32,396 nucleotides of DNA from positions 1 through 32,396 of the IMG/VR virus record IMGVR_UViG_3300025086_000129; one strand, given 5' to 3'. Origin of the DNA: a virus (Duplodnaviria; Caudoviricetes). Positions 7,471 to 17,514 of the stretch are shown here, piece by piece. Both the position numbers and the translations under genes were made by a program. The notes below the pieces were generated by a model that worked only from the letters and a program-made list of their open reading frames with translations, did no database searches and was not told the DNA's origin. Every line of letters begins with the position of its first letter. Within the stretch, counting starts at the first letter, position 1.

Positions 7471-10400
7471 CTTCAACTGGTTTGTTTTTTGTAGAATATC
7501 TTTTAAATAGTTTTAAGAAGGCTTCATTGAATTTATCTACTATTTTATCTTCAGCTTTTTCAATTGTTTTAATTCTATCAAAATCAGTTTGAGTTCCACC
7601 TTCTTTATCTATTTTTTCTTTAACTATTTTTTTAAGTTCTCTAAATTTTACAAGTTCTTTATCTAGGTCTTTACTTAAATTTAATAACGCAGCTGCTTTC
7701 CCATAAACTGTTTTAGGGAAATGAAACTCACCCTCACCTTTTAAAATATCTTTAAATTCTTCATTCAAGGATTTCAAATATTCTTTTCTTTCATAGTAAG
7801 TAGATATGTCTGCGTACCTAGAATTTTCACCAACAAATCTTTTACCTAATTGACCAGCGATTGGAATGTCTTTCCAGTCAAATTCCTTTTTAGGTTTCTT
7901 TTCAATAAAGGTTTCATAAGCTTCGGCCCCGCTATCTAGTGTTGAAGTACTCATATCGTATATTACTCCCAGGTATTGTTTCATTAAATAATCAACAGCA
8001 TCAGGATTTATATCTATCTTACCTGATCTTCTTTTACTTCCACCGGTTGCTTCGTTAGCTGCTTGAGCAAGAAACGTACTTATTTGATTTGCCACACCTG
8101 GTTTATACTTACCTAAATATGCATCAGATATTTGTTGACCTGGATAGGCTTCTTTGTAAATTTGTGAGCCAAAATAATTTTCATTTACTTGAACTTCTGC
8201 TAGAGGCCTTATAGAAGAAGGGACAAAATTTATTCCGAAAGACCTTAAGTCTTTACTATTATTAAAACTTAGGGGAGAAAAGGCTTCCAACATTCCTACA
8301 CCCACATTACCGACTCCTTCACCCACTGTTCTTTTACCGGTTACTCCATCACCTACTGCCGTACCAATATTATGAAATACATTGTACCCATAAGGTAAAG
8401 GTATTTTTACATACTTACCCTTTTGATTGGGAAGCATGATTACCATGTTTCTGGTTTTTACATAGTCTGGTATTTTTTCATAATAACTTACACCATCTTC
8501 ATCTTCTTCGTCGTTATATCCATTTAGCATTGCAACCATCATTGAAAAATTTGTTAGAATAAATGCTAGTTTTTGAGCGGGATTAAAATCTCTATCTTTC
8601 TGACCAGCCCATTCCAATACCTTACTGCCCTTACCTGGTTGGGTTTTTGTAAGTTTTGTTACTGCCTGTGCAAACCTAACTGTACCGCCCACACTAGCAT
8701 TAAAAAATAAATACAGAGATCTAAAAGTTTCTGCACTACCACTTTTATTAAAGTTTACTGTTAAGTTTTTTGCAAGTTGAGCAGCTTCAGCACTACTCAT
8801 TCCCCTTTGCCTTGCTTCTATAAACGCTGCCATTCTTGTAGAATTCTCTGCAGCTATATTTGCTGCATTAATAATTGAAGATAAGCCTCTTGAAAATCTT
8901 TTGAAAGTAGTTGGTTTTGAAACCGCATCAATATCTGCTTTTAATTGGTCTATGCTTTTAGAATAACCATACCCTGTCTGACCTCCATTATCTAAAAACT
9001 CTCTGTAATATTTTGCATACTCTGGATTATATCCTTTGTCTTTAAGTTCTTGATCAGAAAGTAAATTTCCTTTTCCGTCAGTCATCTTCCCTTGATTGTA
9101 TGCGTAGATAGTTTTAGGCATTAGTAATGACACCTTAGCAATCTTCCCTACTGCTCTACCCATATCTTTACTAAACAAAGGAGCGTCTAATTCAGACATA
9201 GCGTTAAGTAATCCGGTTTGAAAATCTCTCATATAATTTACTGCAATGAAGGCAGGAGATAAGGTTGTGTATACTTTTCTCATTACATTTGTTACAGCTC
9301 GATTTACCAACAATGCTCCCTTTATAAAATCATTAGTTTGTTTTACCGAATTAATCATACCATTATTTATGGATTGTTGCAAAGCGTCATTTTCAAACTT
9401 TATAAAGTAATCTTTACCTCCTTTCACTACCCTAATAAGTTGAGTGTTATTTTTCATGTCATTTAAAGATTGAGCCCGGTCAATTACTTTGCCGTCTTTG
9501 TTTATAGATTTATAAGTAGAAGGTTTGTCTTCTGAATAAATCATATACAAATCATTGTCTGGGCTTTCAATTAACATATCCAGTAAGTTTACTAGCACAT
9601 TGTTTTTACCACCCCTCATAATAGCTCTTTCTCTAGCCTTCATTATATTTGCAAGAGGGCTAGCTGCTTTTGTCTTTCTACCTGTAGCTGTTTTAATTTC
9701 TTTGCCCCTGATAGGAAGGGTTTTTCCTCCCTCACCCATATTAGTTTGTTTTGATCTATCTACGTCTAATTGATCGAAGCCTGTTAATGGTACGTAGTTT
9801 TGATACTCGTTATTTAATAAGTTATCATATTCAGTTTGAGACAATAAATCTTCGTTCTTTAATATATCTAATGTTTCTCTGGTCTTTGTATATATAAAGT
9901 CAGCAGCTTGCTCTAAGTCTTGTGTCAGCCCGTCGCTTTCAAACTTATCTAAAATTTGTTGAGCTTCAGTATCAGTCATACCAGAGCCTGCATCGTTTTC
10001 TCCGTCAGTCGCTTCACGAATGTGCGAATTTCTTTCTACTGCATGTTTTGCATATAAATATTCATCAAGGGTTTCTCTGTCTATATTTTTTTTACTAAGC
10101 TTATCAAAAAAATTAAACATCTCTGTATTAAAGTTGTCTATCTTATTTCTTATTTTACCATAAACTAAATCTTCTGCTATATCAAAGTTTTTGTCAACTG
10201 ACATTTTTCTACCCAGTTTCTTTTCGATAGCTTTCTGTAGATTTCTGACTGGCCTATATTTATCATAAAACATAGTTAGCAGTTTGTCTTTAGCCACTTT
10301 AATTTTATCAAATAAATTTAATAATGCCTGACTTTTATTGTTAGAATAATTGGTGGCTGTTTGTTTTGAATCAGGAGCCATGCTTGATTCTGAATCTGAT

Positions 10401-13400
10401 TGTGGTTCGGTTTCTAAGTCTTCTTCAAGCTGCTGTTCTGCCTGTACCTCACCTCTTTCTGAAGCTTCCATTTGCTCTATTTCTCTTGCTTGTCTTTCGG
10501 TTTCTGACTTAGGCTGAGTAATCATTTCTTTACCCGCAACGCCTCTAATATTTCTAGCTGTAGGTTTTAATCCTGTCAGCTCTTGAAACTTTTGTTCTAA
10601 TGAAACTCTTTGCTCATTAGTTTGTGTTCTTGTTCTTGCTGGCGCTTTTCTACTAGGATTACTTTTAATATATTCAATCAACATATCTACTGTGATTTCC
10701 TGATTGTAATCTGAACTTAATTCTTCAGCTATTACATCAAGCCCAAGGCCTAATCTTTCTTGAACTGACATTTCTTCAAGCTGTTTTTTTGGTACAAACC
10801 ACCTACGTTTCATTACAGTGTTCGTAAAGTTTGGATCACCAAGTTTATCAAAATCAGATTCTCTAATTTTTCTTAATCTAAAATCAGCTTCCCATGGAGC
10901 TTCAAGTTCTGTATCGCCTTTTATTGTTTTATCTGTTTGCTGAAGTTGATTGGCTATTTCAACAGGATTCTGACTATTTTCTATAATAAAATCAACAGCT
11001 TGATCTCCTTCTATTTCTCCCTCATTAACCATGGTCTCCACATTAGAATCTACTCCTGTGAACTGCATAGCATCCATGTATTCATTAAAAAATTTTGGCG
11101 TTGCTGTTTTTTTATTACCTGTTTTCTTATTGGTTGCAATAACTTCACCTTCTACCAACTCTAATTCTACATTAGGATTAGATGATTGAAGCACTCCGGT
11201 AAACCCTTGGTCTTCAAACTTTAATTGATTGATTCGTTTTCTTGCAGCCTTCTTATCTGCAACCTCTTCATTTACAACCTTTCCTCCTTGGTTGTAAGAT
11301 ATAGACGTTGGCCTTCCGGCTACATCATTAATTCTAAAATCTGTTCTTACTTCCTCCTGCGTCGTCGTGTCGAGGTCACTGTCAGCTTCGGTTTCACTCT
11401 CTCCGGTAGGTTGCTGAACCTCACTGGATACTCCTTCAACCACTTCCTCAGTAGTTGTGGATTGGTCTGGGCTAGTTTGCGCCACTGCGCTCGGCTTCGT
11501 ACTGGCATCTTCTTGGTTTTTATATTCTTGTTCTACTTCTTCTTTATCTTTATTGGCTAATAATCTTATTTGATTATCAACTGCATTTATTTCTTTGTCT
11601 ATATCTTCTTTTAATGGGCCTTCCAATCCCTTTCTTTTGTCCATTAATTTTCTTCGCCTGTTTAATAAATCAGCCATTGGCTCTTTATTTTCAGCCATTT
11701 GGACAGTGCCTTGCGTTTGATTGTTGGCAGCATTCATATTATAAACTTCATTAAAAACATTCTCTGCTTGACCCTCTTCAAGCAATCCTTCTTTTCTTAA
11801 AGATTCTAAACGCTTTTTTATATCCTCCTGTGTAAAGTTTTGTGATATATAATCTATGGTTTGAGCTCGGTCTTTACTGCTAAATAATTGTTTGCCTCCT
11901 AAGCTGCTAGTTGCGCCTACAGTTAACAACATAACTTCTTCTATTTCACCTTGTCTAACTTTAGCGTCTCTAACTTCAGACCCCACATATTCGTTCATTA
12001 AGTAATTAACTCCTTTTTCAGAAAGATAGACAGGTATTTCTTCTATGAATACTTCTTTTAAATTTTCTTTAAGTAGATCGTTTGCCTTTCTTTTTAATTC
12101 CGCGCTGTTGAATTTTTTAGGATCTTTTATGACGAGGTTGTATAATTGTTTTCTTACTCCACCTAAACCTGTTAATAGTTTTTGGTTACTACCTGCTAAT
12201 CCTGCAAATAATCCATCGAATGTAGATATGGTATGGCCAAACACCATAGCTCTTTCTAAAGCATCTTCTTCAGTAAATCCTTTTTTCATCAAATCATCTT
12301 TGATGCTTTGTACATTGTTAGTCATAGATGCGGTGTATGAAGATAGCCCCATACCTACATACCCAGCTTTTTTTCCTTTCATGCCTAAGCCTTGTAGCTT
12401 GTTGCTAAATCCTCTTCCACTTCTAATTAATCCATACATATAAGCAACAGTTCCAGCTATTTTTGGTATAGCAGAATTACCCACCCAAACAGTTCCAGAG
12501 TCTGAATCGGGTATATTTGCTGCATTTTTTCTAATATTATCTAAGTCGGTTGGAGTAATAATACCCGTCATCTCTACTCCGGTTTTTTCATCATACACAT
12601 TACTTTTGTCATCCACTCTATAAAGTTCCCCTTTGTATTCAACAGGCTTTCCTTGAAGAACTAGCTTTCTTTCAACCTGACCTTCTTCTCCCATTTTGTA
12701 GTCCTCCATATTATCTCTAATATTTTTACTAAGCCCTGCCCAAATACCTTTATTATCACCACCTAATACTGAAAAAAATTCATCAGCTAACTCAGGTATG
12801 TAGTTTATTATTCCATTGCCTAAATTTCCTAATCCATATATACCTTCTTTTAAAGTTTCACTGGTTTGTGCTCCAATTACATCCACGGCATTTCCTCTAG
12901 CAGCATCGTAAACTCTTTTCTTTTTTAAAATTTGTGCTGTACCTCCAGCTGAAAGATGCTCTTTGTAGTTGGGAAAGTATTCATCTAAATTCATCATTTG
13001 ACCAAGATTGGTATTAATGATTGAGTCATATTTATCTATTTCAGCTTGAAGTGTTTTGTATTCTGCAGGATCCTCTGTTCTTTTTAATTGTGCTTCTAAA
13101 TAAGATTTATCCTTAAGAAGAGATTCAAGTTTATTTTTTTTAAACATCATTGCTCTTTGATACTGCTCCTCTTCTCTTTTCGCTTTTCTCTGAACCTCAT
13201 TGGCTTTTATTTGGTTTTCCTCACCAAAAAATCTACCAAGGCCAAAGTTGTCACCACCCCTAACAAATTTATAAAGCTTATCTTCTGCCCTATAATTCTT
13301 TCTTACAAAGTCAATGTATTCTTTTTTATCTACACCCATACTTCTTAGGGTGTTGTCATCTATATCTGCACCATACTGAGTTATTAATTCATTAATGCTT

Positions 13401-14158
13401 TCTTCAGAAGCATCTAAGTTTGGTGAGGTTACATAATTTAATGTAGCTGAATTTATATCTATTTGCTTACCTCTAGATATATCTTTGTCTTCTATTAAGC
13501 TTTCTGCTAGTTGATATGTTTTTGTGCCGGGAGCATGAAACACTCCGTTTAAAGTTACACCATCTTCTGTAAAATTTTCTTCAATAAGTTCTACAGCGGT
13601 TTTGCCTACAGCCAGGTTTGAAACGTCCAACCCCTGAAACTGAGGATCAGTCATATCGTTTAGTGGATTTATACTTCCATTTAAAACTGCCGTGGCAAAA
13701 CTATTTTTTTGATTATCATTTAAAGTATAGTAACCTTGCTGATATAGCGGGTTGGTTTGATTGGAGGATTGATTGGAAAGCACACCTTTAGATGCTTCAT
13801 CATCTGAAAGCGGAACAATATTTTCAGTTACATTGAGAGCTGTAATTTGTTCAACCTCTGGAGTTGGAAGAACTGAAGATGCCGATTGCCCAGCGGCGAT
13901 TCGATCTTCCTGTGTAGATGACTCCGTAACTTCCTCTTCTGAAATAAAATCGGATTCGTCTTTTTTTTTTAAACCTAAGTTGTTTGACCAAGTAGAAAAA
14001 TCACTAGTTGTTAAATCTTGATTTACTAAATATTCGTGAATGTTTGATTGCACACCTTCATTGGATTGAAAATTGGTGTTCCAAGTTTCAAAATCATTTG
14101 TGGTTAACCCTGCTTGGGTTAAGTTATTCCATATATTTTTTAATATTTGTTCGCTCAT
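7451..14158 (-). CDS. Large virion ejection/polyvalent protein with LPD38-like C-terminal region (2235 aa)
   Basis: C-terminal motifs EYLYAKHAVERN, NYVPLTGF, NYMRDFQTG, AENSTRMAAF, AKNLTVNFNKSG, LYLFFNASVGG, VKIPLPYGYNVF and NENYFGSQIY match my recollection of LPD38-associated phage proteins. It is the last gene of the virion block and has Gly/Ala-rich hydrophobic segments and an acidic linker. Confidence 0.72.
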   Translation of the reverse strand: MSEQILKNIWNNLTQAGLTTNDFETWNTNFQSNEGVQSNIHEYLVNQDLTTSDFSTWSNNLGLKKKDESDFISEEEVTESSTQEDRIAAGQSASSVLPTPEVEQITALNVTENIVPLSDDEASKGVLSNQSSNQTNPLYQQGYYTLNDNQKNSFATAVLNGSINPLNDMTDPQFQGLDVSNLAVGKTAVELIEENFTEDGVTLNGVFHAPGTKTYQLAESLIEDKDISRGKQIDINSATLNYVTSPNLDASEESINELITQYGADIDDNTLRSMGVDKKEYIDFVRKNYRAEDKLYKFVRGGDNFGLGRFFGEENQIKANEVQRKAKREEEQYQRAMMFKKNKLESLLKDKSYLEAQLKRTEDPAEYKTLQAEIDKYDSIINTNLGQMMNLDEYFPNYKEHLSAGGTAQILKKKRVYDAARGNAVDVIGAQTSETLKEGIYGLGNLGNGIINYIPELADEFFSVLGGDNKGIWAGLSKNIRDNMEDYKMGEEGQVERKLVLQGKPVEYKGELYRVDDKSNVYDEKTGVEMTGIITPTDLDNIRKNAANIPDSDSGTVWVGNSAIPKIAGTVAYMYGLIRSGRGFSNKLQGLGMKGKKAGYVGMGLSSYTASMTNNVQSIKDDLMKKGFTEEDALERAMVFGHTISTFDGLFAGLAGSNQKLLTGLGGVRKQLYNLVIKDPKKFNSAELKRKANDLLKENLKEVFIEEIPVYLSEKGVNYLMNEYVGSEVRDAKVRQGEIEEVMLLTVGATSSLGGKQLFSSKDRAQTIDYISQNFTQEDIKKRLESLRKEGLLEEGQAENVFNEVYNMNAANNQTQGTVQMAENKEPMADLLNRRRKLMDKRKGLEGPLKEDIDKEINAVDNQIRLLANKDKEEVEQEYKNQEDASTKPSAVAQTSPDQSTTTEEVVEGVSSEVQQPTGESETEADSDLDTTTQEEVRTDFRINDVAGRPTSISYNQGGKVVNEEVADKKAARKRINQLKFEDQGFTGVLQSSNPNVELELVEGEVIATNKKTGNKKTATPKFFNEYMDAMQFTGVDSNVETMVNEGEIEGDQAVDFIIENSQNPVEIANQLQQTDKTIKGDTELEAPWEADFRLRKIRESDFDKLGDPNFTNTVMKRRWFVPKKQLEEMSVQERLGLGLDVIAEELSSDYNQEITVDMLIEYIKSNPSRKAPARTRTQTNEQRVSLEQKFQELTGLKPTARNIRGVAGKEMITQPKSETERQAREIEQMEASERGEVQAEQQLEEDLETEPQSDSESSMAPDSKQTATNYSNNKSQALLNLFDKIKVAKDKLLTMFYDKYRPVRNLQKAIEKKLGRKMSVDKNFDIAEDLVYGKIRNKIDNFNTEMFNFFDKLSKKNIDRETLDEYLYAKHAVERNSHIREATDGENDAGSGMTDTEAQQILDKFESDGLTQDLEQAADFIYTKTRETLDILKNEDLLSQTEYDNLLNNEYQNYVPLTGFDQLDVDRSKQTNMGEGGKTLPIRGKEIKTATGRKTKAASPLANIMKARERAIMRGGKNNVLVNLLDMLIESPDNDLYMIYSEDKPSTYKSINKDGKVIDRAQSLNDMKNNTQLIRVVKGGKDYFIKFENDALQQSINNGMINSVKQTNDFIKGALLVNRAVTNVMRKVYTTLSPAFIAVNYMRDFQTGLLNAMSELDAPLFSKDMGRAVGKIAKVSLLMPKTIYAYNQGKMTDGKGNLLSDQELKDKGYNPEYAKYYREFLDNGGQTGYGYSKSIDQLKADIDAVSKPTTFKRFSRGLSSIINAANIAAENSTRMAAFIEARQRGMSSAEAAQLAKNLTVNFNKSGSAETFRSLYLFFNASVGGTVRFAQAVTKLTKTQPGKGSKVLEWAGQKDRDFNPAQKLAFILTNFSMMVAMLNGYNDEEDEDGVSYYEKIPDYVKTRNMVIMLPNQKGKYVKIPLPYGYNVFHNIGTAVGDGVTGKRTVGEGVGNVGVGMLEAFSPLSFNNSKDLRSFGINFVPSSIRPLAEVQVNENYFGSQIYKEAYPGQQISDAYLGKYKPGVANQISTFLAQAANEATGGSKRRSGKIDINPDAVDYLMKQYLGVIYDMSTSTLDSGAEAYETFIEKKPKKEFDWKDIPIAGQLGKRFVGENSRYADISTYYERKEYLKSLNEEFKDILKGEGEFHFPKTVYGKAAALLNLSKDLDKELVKFRELKKIVKEKIDKEGGTQTDFDRIKTIEKAEDKIVDKFNEAFLKLFKRYSTKNKPVEVSESNE

Positions 14159-15876
14159 TATCCGAATCCTTGATCACCAGAGCCTCCGCCACTTGCAGCT
14201 GGCTTTGCAGTTTTTGACCTTTTAATTTCATCTTGAATTGCTTTTAGAAGTCCTGCACCACCCGCCTGTACAGGATCACCTAAATTTACAGTTGTATTAT
14301 TAGGTAATTTTAATATTAAATTTTCACCTGAAACCTCTACACTAAATCCACCTTCTCTAATAAGAGCATCATTGATCGATCTCGCTACCGCATTCTGCAC
14401 ACTTCCTTCTCTAGCACCTGGCTCTATCTTACCTAACTCAGTTAAGCTTTCGCTAACAGTAGTTAGCACTTCATCGGAAAATGCAAAATCATCTGAAGTT
14501 CTTTGTTCGTTAATATCATAATCATCATTTCTTCCAAATTGTCTTTTGAAGTTGGCTCTTGCGGTTTCATCAAGTGTGTTTGTGTATTTTGATTTTATTT
14601 TAGCTAATTCATCTGCGTCTAATTGACCTGTGATAATAGGAAGTAATCTATCTATAATTTGTTCAGGAGATTTGATTGAATCTTCATCTTGCCAAGTTAT
14701 CTTTTGAGTTGGGCTTCCTGCTAATTTAATTCTAATTCCGTCAGCATCCGATTCGAATGCAGTTATTTCAGGATAGTTTTGAAATAAAAATTGTTTTGCT
14801 CTATTTCGTTTTACTTTATTATTAGATAATACATCTCCTAAATAACCATATACATTTCCTATTTTATCTATTTTTGATTTACTTGCTTTAACAGAAGGTG
14901 TTTCAGTACCACCTGCAGTTTGCTTCATATCCAGCTGAACGCTAATGGCCTCTTGCAGTATTTCTTTGGCACGTCCTCTATGTTTTTCAAGAGACTCTTT
15001 ATCTGGCTGTAGCATTCCGTTTGAATCCGCTTTAACTAATATTGTATCTCCTGTTGCCTCGTCAGGATTTTGTGTAAGTTCGTATCCGCTCTGAGTAAGT
15101 ATACTTAAAAAATCTCTACCTGTTCCTTGATTAAGAACACCTTCTATAAACGTATCTCTAGCTGTTGTGAATGCAGGTTGTTTTGTAATGTCTTCTATTG
15201 TCATGTTTGGATAAACCTTTTGGTATTTTCCTAGTGTAGACGCAAAAGCTTTAGTTCCCTCTATTATTTTGTAGTCCTTGGGAAAATCTTTCTGTCTAGC
15301 ATTCATATTGGTAAATCCCACTAACTTTCCATTACCCGTTTGTGAGTAAAGCCTTCCATCAGTATTAATTACCAACCTACTTTTTTGTATATCTGTTGCC
15401 TTTGTCATTTCATCTAAGCTAAGCATCGCTAATTTTGAAGCATCACCAGCACTGGCTGCTTTCATTGCCTCTTCATAATCTGTATTGAAATTTTTAGCTG
15501 CAGTTTGAAAAGAGTTCCAGTCATCTTGAAGTAATTGTTGACTCCTGGTATAAGAGTTTGGATCTAGCTTACCTTGCTTTAATAGTTTGTTTTGCATCAG
15601 CATGTAATCTTTAACCTGCTTTGATCCATCTAATACATATCCGTTAAAAGTATTGTTGCCACCTGATTGGTAATCTCTAAGATCTGTAAGTAGCTCATCC
15701 GTTTTTGTTTGGATGTCGTCTCGTTTTTTTTGTTTTTCAGACTGAATATTTTGCAGTTTATCTACAATATCACCTGTAATCTGCGCCCAATCCACTGGAA
15801 CAAATTGCTCACCGGAATCAAACATCCCTGTAAATCTATTGCCACCTCGGTTGTAATAAGTTTTATTGCTTGCCAT
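14158..15876 (-). CDS. Putative internal virion/ejection protein (572 aa)
   Basis: Helical, charged N-terminus. Positioned between the small Ala/Gly-rich ORF and the giant protein, and coupled to the latter by a TAATG overlap. Confidence 0.55.
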   Translation of the reverse strand: MASNKTYYNRGGNRFTGMFDSGEQFVPVDWAQITGDIVDKLQNIQSEKQKKRDDIQTKTDELLTDLRDYQSGGNNTFNGYVLDGSKQVKDYMLMQNKLLKQGKLDPNSYTRSQQLLQDDWNSFQTAAKNFNTDYEEAMKAASAGDASKLAMLSLDEMTKATDIQKSRLVINTDGRLYSQTGNGKLVGFTNMNARQKDFPKDYKIIEGTKAFASTLGKYQKVYPNMTIEDITKQPAFTTARDTFIEGVLNQGTGRDFLSILTQSGYELTQNPDEATGDTILVKADSNGMLQPDKESLEKHRGRAKEILQEAISVQLDMKQTAGGTETPSVKASKSKIDKIGNVYGYLGDVLSNNKVKRNRAKQFLFQNYPEITAFESDADGIRIKLAGSPTQKITWQDEDSIKSPEQIIDRLLPIITGQLDADELAKIKSKYTNTLDETARANFKRQFGRNDDYDINEQRTSDDFAFSDEVLTTVSESLTELGKIEPGAREGSVQNAVARSINDALIREGGFSVEVSGENLILKLPNNTTVNLGDPVQAGGAGLLKAIQDEIKRSKTAKPAASGGGSGDQGFG

Positions 15877-15891
15877 AATTTTATTTACTCA

Positions 15892-16719
15892 TTATATTTT
15901 TTCCATTTGCAAGCTAAATTCGTCTAGTTCTGAAAACTTGTCTTCATCTGCAGCTAAGCCGGATTGTTGCTCATAAAAATCATTAATTAAAGCTTCACCT
16001 GAATCATTTAACATGCCCGTAAGGTCTTCTATTGACTCATCTCTTTGGTTTAAATAATTTATAAACTCATTTTTGTCAACTGGAAGATCCTTTAGCTGAG
16101 AATCTACCGCCCTATTAAACTGTCTTTTTTCTGCTCCAAATAATTCTGAACCTTCCATTATAGATCCTGCTAATGAGCCTGCTGAAGAAATAGCAGATCC
16201 TACTGCTGCTGCTTTTTGTTGGGCCGCAGATGCCGCTCTTTGTTGAGCTGCTGTGCCTGCTGCAGTTAACATCTCAAGTTCTGTATCTTGCTGAGCTTGC
16301 TTAGCTTTAACTATCTCGTCTTCACGTGATTGCAATTGCTTTTCAATAGCCCCTCTTTGCGTTTCTTTTTCTTTTAATATTTGCTCTCCGATTGTTGGGA
16401 CTGCCCCTAGCACGTTTCTTTGACCTGAACCTCTAACTGCGTCAAGCAATTGTTTTCTTTGTCTTAATGCATCTTTTTGTATTTGCTCTGTGGCTATTGC
16501 AGGTATACCTTTTTCTAACATAGGAATCTTACTAATCTTATCTCTTGCCTGGGCTACAGCTAAAGCCGCTTCTTTATTAGCTCTCTCTAGTGCTCGGTTA
16601 GCTGAAGTAATCTGAGAAATACCTCCCACTAATCCAAATGCAGCACCTATGGCTCCTAAAGCTGCAGATGCATCCCCTAGGCTTATTCCTGATCCCGTAC
16701 CTGTTCCTGTTTCTGCCAT
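15892..16719 (-). CDS. Putative internal virion/ejection (pilot/cargo) protein (275 aa)
   Basis: N-terminal hydrophobic Gly/Ala stretch (ASAALGAIGAAFGLVGGISQI), coiled-coil middle and a second Ala/Gly/Ser segment, as in small podophage ejection proteins. It follows the muzzle genes. Confidence 0.6.
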   Translation of the reverse strand: MAETGTGTGSGISLGDASAALGAIGAAFGLVGGISQITSANRALERANKEAALAVAQARDKISKIPMLEKGIPAIATEQIQKDALRQRKQLLDAVRGSGQRNVLGAVPTIGEQILKEKETQRGAIEKQLQSREDEIVKAKQAQQDTELEMLTAAGTAAQQRAASAAQQKAAAVGSAISSAGSLAGSIMEGSELFGAEKRQFNRAVDSQLKDLPVDKNEFINYLNQRDESIEDLTGMLNDSGEALINDFYEQQSGLAADEDKFSELDEFSLQMEKI

Positions 16720-16744
16720 GCCTGTAAATTTAAAATATTAACAA

Positions 16745-16752
16745 CAAAGATA
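16745..16752 (-). promoter_or_regulatory. Bacteroidota-type -7 promoter element TATCTTTG
   Basis: Matches TAnnTTTG in the short intergenic gap, 25 nt upstream of the ATG at 16719. Confidence 0.65.
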
Positions 16753-16758
16753 CAAATT

Positions 16759-17505
16759 TTAAGGGTAACTTTTAAACATGCTGCTTTTGACAGCAAATAG
16801 TTCTCTTGCAACTGTATCTGTGTTTGTAAGGGTAAACTCTAAGTAATGACCTCGTACCCCATGTGATTCTGCCACACTATCTTTTATGTAACAAATAAAT
16901 GCTCCACCTGGAGGCACTGAGCCACCCGATGTCGTATCAATAGTTACTGTGTTAGTAGTTGTTGCCACCACCGTTCCTGCAAACGTAGGCGTGTTGCCGT
17001 GGTATGCTTGATCTCCAATAGAAATAATAGATCCTATATCAAATGTAAATGTAAGTACAACCGCTGCGGCTACACTTGAATCGACACTACTCACATCACC
17101 TAATCCATTTGCAGATCGTAAATTAAAATTAACTGTATTCGCGTCTGATCTAATAAAAGAAAACCAATCTGTTTCTTTTTCTACAAAGTAAGATTCCAAT
17201 AAGCTACCTCCTGGATTGTGCATGTCTGAATTGTATGTTGCTGACCACGCACTATCTGATTCTAAATATATGGTTTTAAATAATTTAACCTCTAAAGGCT
17301 TTGTATTAAATATACTAGATATAGTAGAGTTGTATTGAACACCATAGTAATTATTTCTAGTCGTATTAGTATTGTGCCTATACAAATTACCATCTTTAAA
17401 TGAATAAAGATAGTTGTTCATTCCAATTACTTTTTCAGGAATGTATGAATAAAAGGATGGCCATCCTTTTGAAGTTTCGCTATATGTTAATGTTACTGCT
17501 CCCAT
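16759..17505 (-). CDS. Tail stabilization/muzzle protein C-terminal-like subunit (248 aa)
   Basis: TLTYSETSKGWPSFYSYIPE..GMNNYLYSFKDGNLYRHN, VKLFKTIYLES, FVEKETDWFSFI and GVRGHYLEFTL..ELFAV resemble the C-terminal part of crAss-like/P22 gp10-like stabilization proteins. Confidence 0.6.
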   Translation of the reverse strand: MGAVTLTYSETSKGWPSFYSYIPEKVIGMNNYLYSFKDGNLYRHNTNTTRNNYYGVQYNSTISSIFNTKPLEVKLFKTIYLESDSAWSATYNSDMHNPGGSLLESYFVEKETDWFSFIRSDANTVNFNLRSANGLGDVSSVDSSVAAAVVLTFTFDIGSIISIGDQAYHGNTPTFAGTVVATTTNTVTIDTTSGGSVPPGGAFICYIKDSVAESHGVRGHYLEFTLTNTDTVARELFAVKSSMFKSYP

Positions 17506-17514
17506 ATTTTTATT

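Noticed and set aside
7451-14158. Virion RNA polymerase as in crAssphage or N4
   Set aside because: I found no DxDxD or NADFDGD-like catalytic motif. DFDKLGD and TFDG do not fit, and the C-terminus looks LPD38-like.
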